Source of the DNA: Oligoflexia bacterium
GTDB lineage: Bacteria > Bdellovibrionota > Bdellovibrionia > JABDDW01
Assembly (NCBI GenBank): GCA_043732305.1
Contig: JAYTHU010000075.1
Location: 1 to 64,000 of the forward strand
Reading direction: 5' to 3'
Length of the DNA: 64,000 nucleotides
Shown here: piece after piece, positions 32,350 to 43,926 of the stretch
Position numbering within the stretch: position 1 is the first letter of the stretch
Layout of the letters: every line of letters starts with the position of its first letter
Notes under the pieces: model-generated
Seen by the model: only the letters and a program-made list of their open reading frames with translations
The model's database searches: none
Told to the model about the DNA's origin: nothing
Position numbers and translations under genes: made by a program

Positions 32350-32733
32350 TCAATTCACTTTTACATTGCACGTGCCAATGAAAGTAGGTGTCACATCTTT
32401 AGAATTTTCGTCGATAAGACTGGAAAAAACTTCGTTAGATTGCAGATCACCAAAAACTTTGGGATCATTGACGTAAACTGCCAACTTCTTATTATCCAAC
32501 TTGTTTACTCTGGCTCTCAATACTAAGTTTTCATTCTCGGTGGGCCTTTTAACTCGAGACAATGTCTGCTCTTCGATAATCGTTCCGGATGATGCCGAAG
32601 CGATTTTCTTGAAAATAAAAAAATCGCCGTTCGCCCTCGCTAGGCTCATGGTCACAAGATAAAACCCATCTGTCATGACATCCGCGCCAACCAGGGCATA
32701 CACAACAACATTTCGGGTCGCTCCGCATTCCAA
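32350..32733 (-). CDS. Hypothetical protein, possibly frameshifted from an upstream signal peptide (MALGLL...LEASA, starting ~32818)
   Basis: 127-aa ORF ending GTCNVKVN; an upstream out-of-frame hydrophobic leader could join it with a 1-nt shift near 32746. Confidence 0.4.
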   Translation of the reverse strand: MECGATRNVVVYALVGADVMTDGFYLVTMSLARANGDFFIFKKIASASSGTIIEEQTLSRVKRPTENENLVLRARVNKLDNKKLAVYVNDPKVFGDLQSNEVFSSLIDENSKDVTPTFIGTCNVKVN

Positions 32734-32824
32734 GGTTTGATAATTATGCGGAAGCCTCCAAAATTAATACAACAACAGAGAGAATATCAGATATTGAACA
32801 CAGCAGTCCGAGCGCCATGCCCCA

Positions 32825-33052
32825 CTACCTTTTAGTAAGCTTATAAAGACAAGCGCCAATGTGATCCGCTAAATCCACTAACGCCACTTTAGTAGATCCA
32901 GAAAGTGCCAATACTCACTGACATTCCCGCAGACTCCCAAAGGCAATAAAGAAAAGCCTCATTTGATTCCTCAAATGGCCTGGAAGCTTCAGCTTCAAAT
33001 ACTCTTGGTAAAATTGAATAGATAATTGATAAGTTCTAAATGCTTTCTTGAT
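32825..33052 (-). pseudogene. Four-helix-bundle protein (23S rRNA IVS / Avd-like family) pseudogene
   Basis: Reads (ATC)KKAFRTYQLSIQFYQEYLKLKLPGHLRNQMRLFFIAFGSLRECQ*VLALSGSTKVALVDLADHIGACLYKLTKR*. Family motifs QL.R and IA.GSL.E are recognisable; start is ATC, internal TGA at 32915-32917, central S...N.AEG segment missing. Confidence 0.8.
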
Positions 33053-33171
33053 GTCTTCCTTTCAAGTTATTTTTATTCGCTCACGGATGGGGTGAATAAA
33101 AAAATCTCGAAAAGAAAACGGGAATCAGATCGGAAATCGGATTCTTTCGGATTTCGGAAAACGGACCTCAG

Positions 33172-33210
33172 AAATGACGCACATCTGGACAAAAAGGAAG
33201 CTGGTACCTT
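33172..33210. repeat. Single copy of the REP-like repeat
   Basis: AAATGACGCACATCTGGACAAAAAGGAAGCTGGTACCTT, 37/39 identical to the reverse complement of 21116-21154; overlapped and followed by a 9-bp tandem GTACCTTCC x2 (33204-33221). Confidence 0.9.
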
Positions 33211-33224
33211 CCGTACCTTCCAAT

Positions 33225-33256
33225 AAAAAACCCTTCGTATTTCTACGAAGGGTTTT
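33225..33256 (-). terminator. Intrinsic terminator of cspA
   Basis: AAAACCCTTCGTA-TTTC-TACGAAGGGTTTT perfect stem with a T tract on the minus strand. Confidence 0.88.
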
Positions 33257-33278
33257 GAGAAATTTTCTTAATTTATAA

Positions 33279-33494
33279 TTAAGAATTCGTAATTTTGACT
33301 AAAGAAACATTTGCAGCCTGAGGGCCACGATCTGTTTCCAATAATTCGAACTCTACTGCGGAACCTTCAGGAAGGGTTTTGAAACCTTCTCCTTGGATTG
33401 CGGTGTAGTGGACGAAAACATCTTTGCCACCATCACGTTCGATAAAGCCAAAACCTTTGCTATCGTTGAACCATTTTACTTTTCCTGCAGCCAT
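33279..33494 (-). CDS. cspA: Cold-shock protein
   Basis: [40 protein letters not shown]. Confidence 0.97.
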   Translation of the reverse strand: MAAGKVKWFNDSKGFGFIERDGGKDVFVHYTAIQGEGFKTLPEGSAVEFELLETDRGPQAANVSLVKITNS

Positions 33495-33532
33495 GACTAA
33501 AACCCCTCCTAAAAATTATTAAACCTATTTTT

Positions 33533-33561
33533 AAGGTAAACAACCTCCGAGATGGGGTCAA
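33533..33561 (-). promoter_or_regulatory. Sigma70-type promoter of cspA
   Basis: TTGACC-17 nt-TACCTT. Confidence 0.6.
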
Positions 33562-33609
33562 GCAAGATATTTTCGTAATTTTTTTAACCTTTGACAGATT
33601 CTGTAATTT

Positions 33610-33897
33610 TCAGTTATCGAAAATAAAAACTAGTTCGTCTTCACCCACAAGATCAAGCCGTTCGCGGGCTTCGTGGCCTATAAACCTATCCGAACTTTGC
33701 GCGCGCAAAATTTTAGACTTAAGTTCAGTGTTTCGAGCATGTACATTTTTATACGATTCTTGGAGTTTTTTTTTCTCAACTTTCATATTCCAAAGGTTCA
33801 TAAGGCTTCCTTCAGTCAAAAGGCTAGCAATGGCGACGGCCACTGCGGCTACTGCAATCTTCACAGGTTGAGATAAAATGTTTCTGATTTGTCTCAC
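33610..33897 (-). CDS. ftsB: Septum formation initiator FtsB/DivIC family
   Basis: TM helix, coiled coil, C-terminal EARERLDLVGEDELVFIF. Confidence 0.8.
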   Translation of the reverse strand: MRQIRNILSQPVKIAVAAVAVAIASLLTEGSLMNLWNMKVEKKKLQESYKNVHARNTELKSKILRAQSSDRFIGHEARERLDLVGEDELVFIFDN

Positions 33898-33923
33898 AAT
33901 TAACTACTCCCCTTAGGAATAGT

Positions 33924-35228
33924 CTACAGAATGGTGAACATCGCTTGCAAATACAATTCAGTGCTGTTTCCGTTATTGATCGGATCAAAAGGAGCATTGC
34001 CCCATGTCTGGGTAGTGCCGTTGATGGCGTAGTCCTCAAACAATCCTGTTGCGAGCGCAAACTTTTTGGTAAAATTATAAGTAAAATCGATATTCATCAC
34101 GCGGTGTGACTGCACGTAAGCAGGACGATTGTTGTTTGGGTCAGAATAATAAGTGGTGTTGTAGACTTGTGGACTTAAAGTGATAACTATTTTTGGTGTA
34201 GCATTGTAGCTCACATTTAAAATTTCATAATCTCTGAAACTTGCATTTTGCAATTGTTGATTTGCAGATGCTCCACCAGTGTTCAATAGCGCACTCGTGT
34301 TGTATTGTTGGAAATAGATTCGCCCAATAAACATCAACTGCAAATCAAATCTACCAAAAGATCTGTCCAAGGCAAGTGTATCCCAATTTTCTCCGAATGC
34401 ACCCGAGAGGTTGGAGCGTTGACTGGTCGGAATATCGTAACGAAAGCTTCCTTCAAGTTTATATCTACCAAATTGAGCAATCTTTTTATCAACGAGCTGC
34501 AAAGCTGTGTTTCCCATATAAAGAGAGTAGGGCTGAGTCTCTCCCACACTTCCTTCAGCCGCTCTGACACCTTGACTGTCGCCTTGAGTGCGATTTCTAT
34601 CGCCAAAATAGGTGTTAAAAAACTGAGGCATCACACCAAAGCTTATTTCCTTTGAAAAATTATAGGTAATTGTAGGCATTTGCCACGCGCGGACTTCACC
34701 ATCTAGTGGAGAGGCACTGTTAGTCTGCGCATGTTCAACAGTTGCTGCATCGATGGCATTATAAGTCACCCAAACAAAACTTATCTTAGAAAGAGCTGCA
34801 GGTTTTTCCGTGCTTTGAATTTTAATGGAACTCACTCCCAAAGCGCCATCAGAAACCGCGCCGGTGAAAGGATTAGATACATTGCCAATATTAGAGTAAG
34901 TCCCAATACTGTCGGAACTAGATAATCCGGTGGTTTTTCCGGGAATATACTGACTACCTTTAGCGTTACTAGCAATTAATTTTTTAGTGATTATCTTCTG
35001 GGGAACTAAAAACGTTGCAGCTTCTTTAGCTGCAGCAGTACTCAAACCCGCAATCTTAACTTTTGCTTTCGGCTTTACTTTGCGGGCTTTCAAAGGTGGA
35101 ACTGCACTGGAGCGGGCTCCGGCTGGTTTAGCACCAACACTTACAGTTTTGGTCTCCTGTGCATGAAGAGCACTTCCAAAGGAAATTGCACCGAAGGCAG
35201 CAAATGCGGTCACGGCTTTTAAAATCAT
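33924..35228 (-). CDS. Hypothetical outer-membrane beta-barrel protein with a basic N-terminal linker
   Basis: Signal peptide (ALHA), Lys/Ala-rich linker, alternating aromatic beta-strand pattern, C-terminal YLQAMFTIL. Confidence 0.65.
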   Translation of the reverse strand: MILKAVTAFAAFGAISFGSALHAQETKTVSVGAKPAGARSSAVPPLKARKVKPKAKVKIAGLSTAAAKEAATFLVPQKIITKKLIASNAKGSQYIPGKTTGLSSSDSIGTYSNIGNVSNPFTGAVSDGALGVSSIKIQSTEKPAALSKISFVWVTYNAIDAATVEHAQTNSASPLDGEVRAWQMPTITYNFSKEISFGVMPQFFNTYFGDRNRTQGDSQGVRAAEGSVGETQPYSLYMGNTALQLVDKKIAQFGRYKLEGSFRYDIPTSQRSNLSGAFGENWDTLALDRSFGRFDLQLMFIGRIYFQQYNTSALLNTGGASANQQLQNASFRDYEILNVSYNATPKIVITLSPQVYNTTYYSDPNNNRPAYVQSHRVMNIDFTYNFTKKFALATGLFEDYAINGTTQTWGNAPFDPINNGNSTELYLQAMFTIL

Positions 35229-35267
35229 TTCATTCCTCCAAAAGTTTCTCTCATCTATTTATAACTG

Positions 35268-35283
35268 AGCAACGCGCATGCCA
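35268..35283 (-). promoter_or_regulatory. Sigma54 promoter for 33924..35228
   Basis: TGGCATG-CGCG-TTGCT, near-perfect -24/-12. Confidence 0.8.
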
Positions 35284-35438
35284 CGGCCGCGGCCAATTAA
35301 ACCTGAAGCCATAAATTGAAAACCTCAAAACTAACAAAAATTGCAACTCCTACACGTAAAGGTGACGTTTTTGCGTCTTTTGGCACCGGTAGATTTGCTA
35401 CTATAGCGAAATTAGAGCTTCACGAGAAAATATCCTAG

Positions 35439-35454
35439 TGGCAGAGTTTTTGCT
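35439..35454 (+). promoter_or_regulatory. Sigma54 promoter for the 35497 lipoprotein
   Basis: TGGCAGA-GTTT-TTGCT with GG-N10-GC spacing. Confidence 0.7.
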
Positions 35455-35496
35455 TTTACTATCTGTGATATAAATTTACGAATTCGTAATAGAGGA

Positions 35497-36165
35497 GTGA
35501 AAATGCGTTTTTCAAATTTTGTTGTGATAGGTCTCATCGCCGTTGGTTCAATAAATTGTGCTCCAACTGGCAGCAAGCCTTCCCCATCCTCTAACACCTC
35601 TGTCAAAGACAAAGCCGCGACGATCCCCTCTCAACAAACCAATAGCGAGTCCGATTCTGGAGACAGCAATAAAGATTCCTCAGGAAATGCAGTAGACACT
35701 TCGACGAATACGGATAGACATGTGCAGGTCACATACAGTTTGCCAGCTGAGCCAGAGAAGACAGGTATTGAACCTGCAGTGCCCCTTTTTAACTCTCAAG
35801 TTTTTGAACGCTCCATTCTCACTTCCGACAACTCAACTGTCCGCGATTCTTTTTGTGCTTTAGTGACGAACAATAATTCTTCAGTTTTAACTTTTGATTA
35901 TAAGGAATTATTTGGCGACGATGGCTTGGCTGCAAAAACGGCACAAACAACTTTGACGATTCATTTCAGCAATATTAAATTTGACCAATCCAAAGACAAG
36001 GAAGACGTCACTAGCACTGTAGTTCATGACATTTCGTACTATGATGCCGTAAAAGCTAACCATGTGTCTGTGGATTTTGAACCAAACTGTAGTTTGGCAA
36101 TCCATAGAATGAAGGATATGATTAGGATTCAGGGTTCCTGCACGTCTATGACGGTGTTCAAGTAA
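35497..36165 (+). CDS. Hypothetical lipoprotein, possibly truncated (in-frame tail continues to 36255)
   Basis: RBS GAGGAG, lipobox-like SINC, Ser/Asp-rich linker. Confidence 0.65.
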   Translation: MKMRFSNFVVIGLIAVGSINCAPTGSKPSPSSNTSVKDKAATIPSQQTNSESDSGDSNKDSSGNAVDTSTNTDRHVQVTYSLPAEPEKTGIEPAVPLFNSQVFERSILTSDNSTVRDSFCALVTNNNSSVLTFDYKELFGDDGLAAKTAQTTLTIHFSNIKFDQSKDKEDVTSTVVHDISYYDAVKANHVSVDFEPNCSLAIHRMKDMIRIQGSCTSMTVFK

Positions 36166-36255
36166 TATCCTTAAATTGCCACCAATGCGAGCCCCCAAGA
36201 TTTCGCTACATCAATCAGCGACTTAAAGATAGAAGCCGATTGTCAACTCAAGTGA

Positions 36256-39025
<2,770 letters not shown>

Positions 39026-39196
39026 TTTTTAATGGTTTAAACCTCGGGTGTCTAGTTTGAAATGCCACTGATTTGTGGAATCGCCATTGGGACTTGCAGA
39101 TCTAAATGCTGCATTAAGTCAAATCCTAGAACCAAGCTTCCCTAGCCAACTTTGGCGTTTCCATGCTAACTTTTATTTAATTTCAACCTTGGGGGA

Positions 39197-39937
39197 ATGA
39201 AAATGAAAACGATCGCGCTCGGTATGTTATCAACATTTCTTTGTTTAAGCCAAACTACACATGCGGCAATTCCGCTCGCTTTTGCTCGAACGCAAGTACA
39301 CATTAACCCGACAATACATTATGAGAAATCATTCACCGCTGATGGCCACTACGTTTTGGTCAAGCCAGTTCTAGATCAAAATGCGGGATTTCTAAATGCC
39401 CTTGAATTAAACACTGAGATTTCTAAAATCACGATTTCAGAAAACGATATTCGAAGACTAGCGGCTAGCTACACACCTCATTGTGCTAAGTATATTCAAA
39501 TCATCAGTGTTGATTTTCTCTCAAACCAAAGAATGATCGTAAATGATATGAGGCACCTCCATTGCGGAAGTGATAGTCAGAATCATGACGTCAAACAATT
39601 TGTGGCAACCGGTGTGAAACCGATTGATCTCACTATTGCGGACAATATTTCCATGAGTGGATTTGAGTTTGTTAAAAAGGTGATTGCGAATGCCGTGAAT
39701 GAAAACAATGGCGTGCCAGCAAATCTTCCTCATTTCATAACTCAGGATGTGAGATTAGATGTCATGACCGCCACTAACAAGGAAATGAAATTTTATCCTA
39801 TGTTGCCAGCTGGAATTGAAAGATCGGATTGGGCCGCGAGCCTCAGTTACGAAACTATGAAGCCATTTTTACTACCTCACGCGCCAGTGCTAAAATTGCT
39901 CAACGAAGCAAATATTTTAGATTTAGAGAAAAATTAA
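39197..39937 (+). CDS. Hypothetical secreted protein
   Basis: RBS GGGGGA, signal peptide ending THA, Cys pair. Confidence 0.6.
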   Translation: MKMKTIALGMLSTFLCLSQTTHAAIPLAFARTQVHINPTIHYEKSFTADGHYVLVKPVLDQNAGFLNALELNTEISKITISENDIRRLAASYTPHCAKYIQIISVDFLSNQRMIVNDMRHLHCGSDSQNHDVKQFVATGVKPIDLTIADNISMSGFEFVKKVIANAVNENNGVPANLPHFITQDVRLDVMTATNKEMKFYPMLPAGIERSDWAASLSYETMKPFLLPHAPVLKLLNEANILDLEKN

Positions 39938-41013
39938 GCGGCAAAAGGCTTTGGGACGGCAAATTTGTCGCGGCCAAAGGGAATTTTCTGCGCTTCTATC
40001 TCGTCAATAAATGTAGGAATCTCACCCGTCAATTTTGAGTTTTTGAAAATATCCACAACGTTATACGTTTTGTCCGCGTTCATGCCGCGCACTTCAGAAA
40101 TATGTGTGACTTTTCTCGAACCATCGGGGAAGCGAGAAATTTGAAGAACGATTTGCACTGCGGAAGAAATCTGCTGCCTTATAGCTTGCTCACCTACTCG
40201 AGAATCTGCACTCATGGCCAAAGTTTCAAGTCGCACCAGAGAATCAGAAGGACTATTAGAATGGATTGTACCTAAGCATCCTTGATGACCAGTATTCATG
40301 GCATTGATGAGTTCAACGGCTTCTTCTCCCCGAACTTCACCCACGATGATGCGGTCAGGCCTCAAACGCAAACTGCTCTTTAGCAAATCACGCATGTTCA
40401 CTTCGCCTTTACCCTCTTCATTTGGAAGTTTGGTTTCAAACCGAACGACGTGTTCGTAATCTAAAGTCAACTCACTCGAGTCTTCAATTAAAATCACTCG
40501 CTGGTTTTTAGGAATACGGCTTGAAAGTAAACTCAGTAGAGTCGTTTTTCCGGAACCGGTTCCTCCGCTGATCAAGATATTTTTTCCCAGAAACATACAA
40601 ACATCTAAAAATTGAGCTGCTTCTAAACTCATTGAACCAAATTTTATGTACTCAGGAAATGTGATTTTTTGTTTCATAAATTTTCGAATACTCACCACTG
40701 TTCCATTGCGAGAACACGGAGGAAATACCGCGTGAATTCGCGAACCATCTGGCAAACGTGCGTCTAACGCCGGCTCGTCTTTTGAAATTCGGCGTCCAAC
40801 ACTTTGAGCAATATTATGAACAGCCGCTTGAAGTGCGTCTTCACCGCTAAATTGCGCATCGGTTTTTTCTAGCTTGCCTTTGCGTTCGATGAAAATCTCA
40901 TGAGGTCCGTTGATTAAAATTTCACTGACGGAAGTATCAGTTAAAAATGGCATGACCGGTCCAAGAAAACTTTGGATCGCTAGGGCAAATACACTTTCTT
41001 GCGAGTCATTCAT
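39934..41013 (-). CDS. cpaF: CpaF/TadA-family secretion ATPase (orphan)
   Basis: [55 protein letters not shown]. Confidence 0.92.
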   Translation of the reverse strand: MNDSQESVFALAIQSFLGPVMPFLTDTSVSEILINGPHEIFIERKGKLEKTDAQFSGEDALQAAVHNIAQSVGRRISKDEPALDARLPDGSRIHAVFPPCSRNGTVVSIRKFMKQKITFPEYIKFGSMSLEAAQFLDVCMFLGKNILISGGTGSGKTTLLSLLSSRIPKNQRVILIEDSSELTLDYEHVVRFETKLPNEEGKGEVNMRDLLKSSLRLRPDRIIVGEVRGEEAVELINAMNTGHQGCLGTIHSNSPSDSLVRLETLAMSADSRVGEQAIRQQISSAVQIVLQISRFPDGSRKVTHISEVRGMNADKTYNVVDIFKNSKLTGEIPTFIDEIEAQKIPFGRDKFAVPKPFAA

Positions 41014-41033
41014 ATCGTTACCTCTGGCATTAT

Positions 41034-41591
41034 TTAGTCACCCTGAGAAGCCGTCGAGCGGTCTTTGCCGACGGGAGGAGAAGAGGGCCCGTAAACTACC
41101 ATTTTTCCAGATGAGTTTGTTTCGGGGCACTGAAATTCAAAGACCCCTTCTTTTTCTGGATCGAGCTTGAAAGTTTTTGTGTCCCCGTAAAATGTTGAAT
41201 GATGCTGATTAAAAGCATCGAGCATGAAGCTGACATTTTTATTTTGTTTGTTCACATTCACGACGTGAATCAGATAGTGCATGTTTTTTCGGAATCGCAC
41301 ATTACTAGGAACAAATCCATGATCTGTATTCATGATCACAACTTCTTGGCGATCCACATTGCCCCAATCACGCTCGTGACTGGCGTGACTTACAAATTCG
41401 CCCATGCGCGCGTCGGTGGATTTTGGGTCAATGGATTTTACATCTCTGACTTTAGCGTCGGGCACAACAGTTGAGACAGTGGGATCACTGGCAGGCTGTC
41501 TAGTTCGTCTCGAAAAATCAACTTCGATGGCTTGCGCTGTTTCAAATAGAAACATCGTCATAAACGCGAGCATTGAGATTTTTAAAAACAT
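41034..41591 (-). CDS. Secreted cupredoxin-fold-like protein
   Basis: Signal peptide (AQA), GFVPS.V, F.P.K.G.FEFQCP....GKMVV; start moved to ATG 41591. Confidence 0.7.
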   Translation of the reverse strand: MFLKISMLAFMTMFLFETAQAIEVDFSRRTRQPASDPTVSTVVPDAKVRDVKSIDPKSTDARMGEFVSHASHERDWGNVDRQEVVIMNTDHGFVPSNVRFRKNMHYLIHVVNVNKQNKNVSFMLDAFNQHHSTFYGDTKTFKLDPEKEGVFEFQCPETNSSGKMVVYGPSSPPVGKDRSTASQGD

Positions 41592-41604
41592 GCGAGAACC
41601 CCTT

Positions 41605-41886
41605 TTAGTGAATAGTTTCTTGTCGCTCATGGAATGCAGCCATTTCTCTTGCCACTTCAATAACCAAAGCTTCAATCACAGGCTGAGAAAGACTTTCTAA
41701 GTATTGACGAATTTCTTTTAAAGAATGAATACGATTTAATTTTTGAATAGCGGTGCTTACATCGGTCCAACTCTCGCCGGCTTTTTTGTAAAGGTCCGTC
41801 CAATTTTTTTCTAACATCGGTTCGATCATGCCCAATTCATAGAGCGCAGTGAAAACCCGATCTAAATCTCCTGATAAAAAATCCAT
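41605..41886 (-). CDS. Small conserved-looking hypothetical protein
   Basis: 93 aa, RBS GGGGTGGAG, LVIEVAREM motif. Confidence 0.65.
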   Translation of the reverse strand: MDFLSGDLDRVFTALYELGMIEPMLEKNWTDLYKKAGESWTDVSTAIQKLNRIHSLKEIRQYLESLSQPVIEALVIEVAREMAAFHERQETIH

Positions 41887-41935
41887 GACTCCACCCCCTA
41901 CTACTCTTTCGTCGGTGGCGGGCTAAGTCTAAAGT

Positions 41936-41968
41936 AAAAAAAAACCGCTGGACCATTTGATCCAGCGG
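41936..41968 (-). terminator. Intrinsic terminator of the 570-aa gene
   Basis: CCGCTGGA-8-TCCAGCGG stem with a 9-T tract on the minus strand. Confidence 0.85.
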
Positions 41969-42010
41969 CTTCATGACTAAGGTCTTGTTACACGTTCTTG
42001 CACGGTCTTA

Positions 42011-43723
42011 TTATTTAACTTGCACACCCTTCGGAGGGTTTTTCATCTGTTGATCAACACGAGCATTAAACTCGTTCACAAAGTCCTGCGCATCTTCCAA
42101 AGGCAAAGATACGGTGACTCCAGCGCGACAATCCCCTGGTTTGGAGGAATTGACTTTGAAATAAACCAATTGTTGATCATCGGAACTATTGTCCATCACT
42201 CTTTGAGCAAGTTTCAAAGTAGCCCCGTGACTAAGATCACAACCGTCTTGAGTGGCTTGATCGGTAGCTGTTTTATCTTCATCAACAAAGAAAACATATT
42301 TCATGTCGTTGAGAATTCCGCCATTGTCAGTGACTAATGGGACAGATTGGCCAGTGCTGTTGATTGCTAATGCTTGTTGCCGAGCTTGATCGGCCAATTG
42401 CTTTGACATAGCAGCGGCATCAGCGCGAGCGGCAGCAGCATCAGCTTGTGCTTGCGCGGCATTGTACTGAGCTTGTTGAGCAGAAGCTTCTGCATTTGCG
42501 GCATCCGCTTGTGCTCGAGCAACTTCTTGCTGTTGTTCTAAATAATAGGATTCAGCAATCGCGTCACTGGAGTACTCCCAGTAATTGACATAATTAACTC
42601 GAGGAACAAACCAACACATCCCCAAACAAGCAGATACAATGGGAATCGGTGTGTAGTAATAACCACGAGCGCGCCAATCAGAATCATAAGGCTGCCATGT
42701 ATTCACGTAAAGGGAAGCTGCGATTGCACCCACCACTACGCCGGTCAAAAAACCGCGCTCGAATGAGCTAGATCGATATGAGTAATAAGGACGATCATGA
42801 TAATTATTGATATTGTAATTGTTAATAATAGTTATGTTATTTCTCTGAACCACACGGACCACGGTGTTATTGTGAGCATTATAAGTCTCTGAATAATTCA
42901 CACCACGTCTCGAATCTTGACTACTTCGCAACTGAATACCGTTGTTGGTACTGGTGACTTTATTGACAGCTACTGGATTACCTTGAGAGTTAAAATGAGT
43001 GCTGGTTTTTTCAATTTCACCATTGCTTTGATGAACAGTTTCACTTTTCTCTACAACCCTACCGGAAGCATTTAATTTCTCGCTGCCGACAAACTGACCA
43101 CTCGAATTGCGGATTTGTCTTGATCCTCCAACAATGTTTCCTCCGGCATCGAGTTTCACTCGATTGTCGCCTTGCTGAATGACTTGACCGCCGTCCTTAG
43201 TATTTCTTGCTGTAGCAGTCTTGGAAGTGTCGATAAATTTACCGGCATGCTCATTGTTCACGAGTGGGCTATGTTTCACATCCACTTCGCGAGTTTGCGC
43301 CGGCTGAATTTTCGGCTGCTCTATATGAACGTAGGGCTGTGGTCTCGGCTGTTGAACTTGTGGTTGAACTTGCGCTTGGCTGTTTCCGTTATTTCCACGC
43401 GGAACAGGTTCGATTGTTTTGTGACCATAATCAGGTTGAGTCGTCACTTGCGCTGGCTGACGACTTTCCCGTCGCGCAGGCTCTTGATGTACGGGTTCTT
43501 GACGCTGCACTGGCGGGGCAGGACGGCTGGCAACTGGTGGAGGAGTTTGTGGAGGAGTTTGTGGACGAGGTCGTTCGACAGCTCGAGGCTGCTCTTGTCG
43601 AGGCGCAGGTGCGGCGGAGTGAGAAGGTTCAGCACTTTCTTTTTCGTGGGCAAAAGCGGAACTAGACATTGTCAGTGCTAAAGCACCAACCATACTCATG
43701 GCCAATAATCTTTGTTTAAACAT
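42011..43723 (-). CDS. Modular secreted hypothetical protein (Pro/Gln-rich region, beta-rich region, Tyr/Trp-rich region, Ala/Gln coiled coil, Cys-pair C-terminal domain)
   Basis: Signal peptide (AFA), RBS GAGGAG, own promoter and terminator. Confidence 0.8.
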   Translation of the reverse strand: MFKQRLLAMSMVGALALTMSSSAFAHEKESAEPSHSAAPAPRQEQPRAVERPRPQTPPQTPPPVASRPAPPVQRQEPVHQEPARRESRQPAQVTTQPDYGHKTIEPVPRGNNGNSQAQVQPQVQQPRPQPYVHIEQPKIQPAQTREVDVKHSPLVNNEHAGKFIDTSKTATARNTKDGGQVIQQGDNRVKLDAGGNIVGGSRQIRNSSGQFVGSEKLNASGRVVEKSETVHQSNGEIEKTSTHFNSQGNPVAVNKVTSTNNGIQLRSSQDSRRGVNYSETYNAHNNTVVRVVQRNNITIINNYNINNYHDRPYYSYRSSSFERGFLTGVVVGAIAASLYVNTWQPYDSDWRARGYYYTPIPIVSACLGMCWFVPRVNYVNYWEYSSDAIAESYYLEQQQEVARAQADAANAEASAQQAQYNAAQAQADAAAARADAAAMSKQLADQARQQALAINSTGQSVPLVTDNGGILNDMKYVFFVDEDKTATDQATQDGCDLSHGATLKLAQRVMDNSSDDQQLVYFKVNSSKPGDCRAGVTVSLPLEDAQDFVNEFNARVDQQMKNPPKGVQVK

Positions 43724-43775
43724 CAGTATTTCTCCTCAGCATTTGGTTTAAAAACACTCGGTCGCTAAACCAAAA

Positions 43776-43791
43776 AGCAAATTTTGTGCCC
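43776..43791 (-). promoter_or_regulatory. Sigma54 promoter for 42011..43723
   Basis: GGGCACA-AAAT-TTGCT with GG-N10-GC spacing. Confidence 0.7.
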
Positions 43792-43877
43792 GAAAATTTG
43801 AAAAAAAAACGATGAAAACCGCTACCGCAATAGCTCTAGAAGGATTAGTGTGACAGGATTTTTAAGGTGGGAAATTA

Positions 43878-43916
43878 ATTCCAACAGCCCGGATGATTTT
43901 CCAGAGCTGTTGGAAT
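43878..43916 (-). terminator. Stem-loop after the PIN-PhoH gene
   Basis: ATTCCAACAGC...GCTGTTGGAAT 11-bp perfect arms; weak U tract. Confidence 0.6.
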
Positions 43917-43926
43917 CTTAAACGAG

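Noticed and set aside
32825..33052. Diversity-generating retroelement suggested by an Avd-like gene
   Set aside because: No reverse transcriptase and no TR/VR repeat pair in the window.
33026..33226. 66-aa plus-strand ORF
   Set aside because: Spans the hairpin, the TCGGA tract and the repeat; no RBS or coding signal.
36163..36174. Alternative genetic code (TAA or TGA recoding) to explain in-frame stops
   Set aside because: TAA, TAG and TGA all terminate well-supported genes in this window, and no core gene has internal stops.
43172..43681. Long plus-strand ORFs (169 and 133 aa)
   Set aside because: Antisense shadows of the Pro/Gln-rich region of the 570-aa gene.
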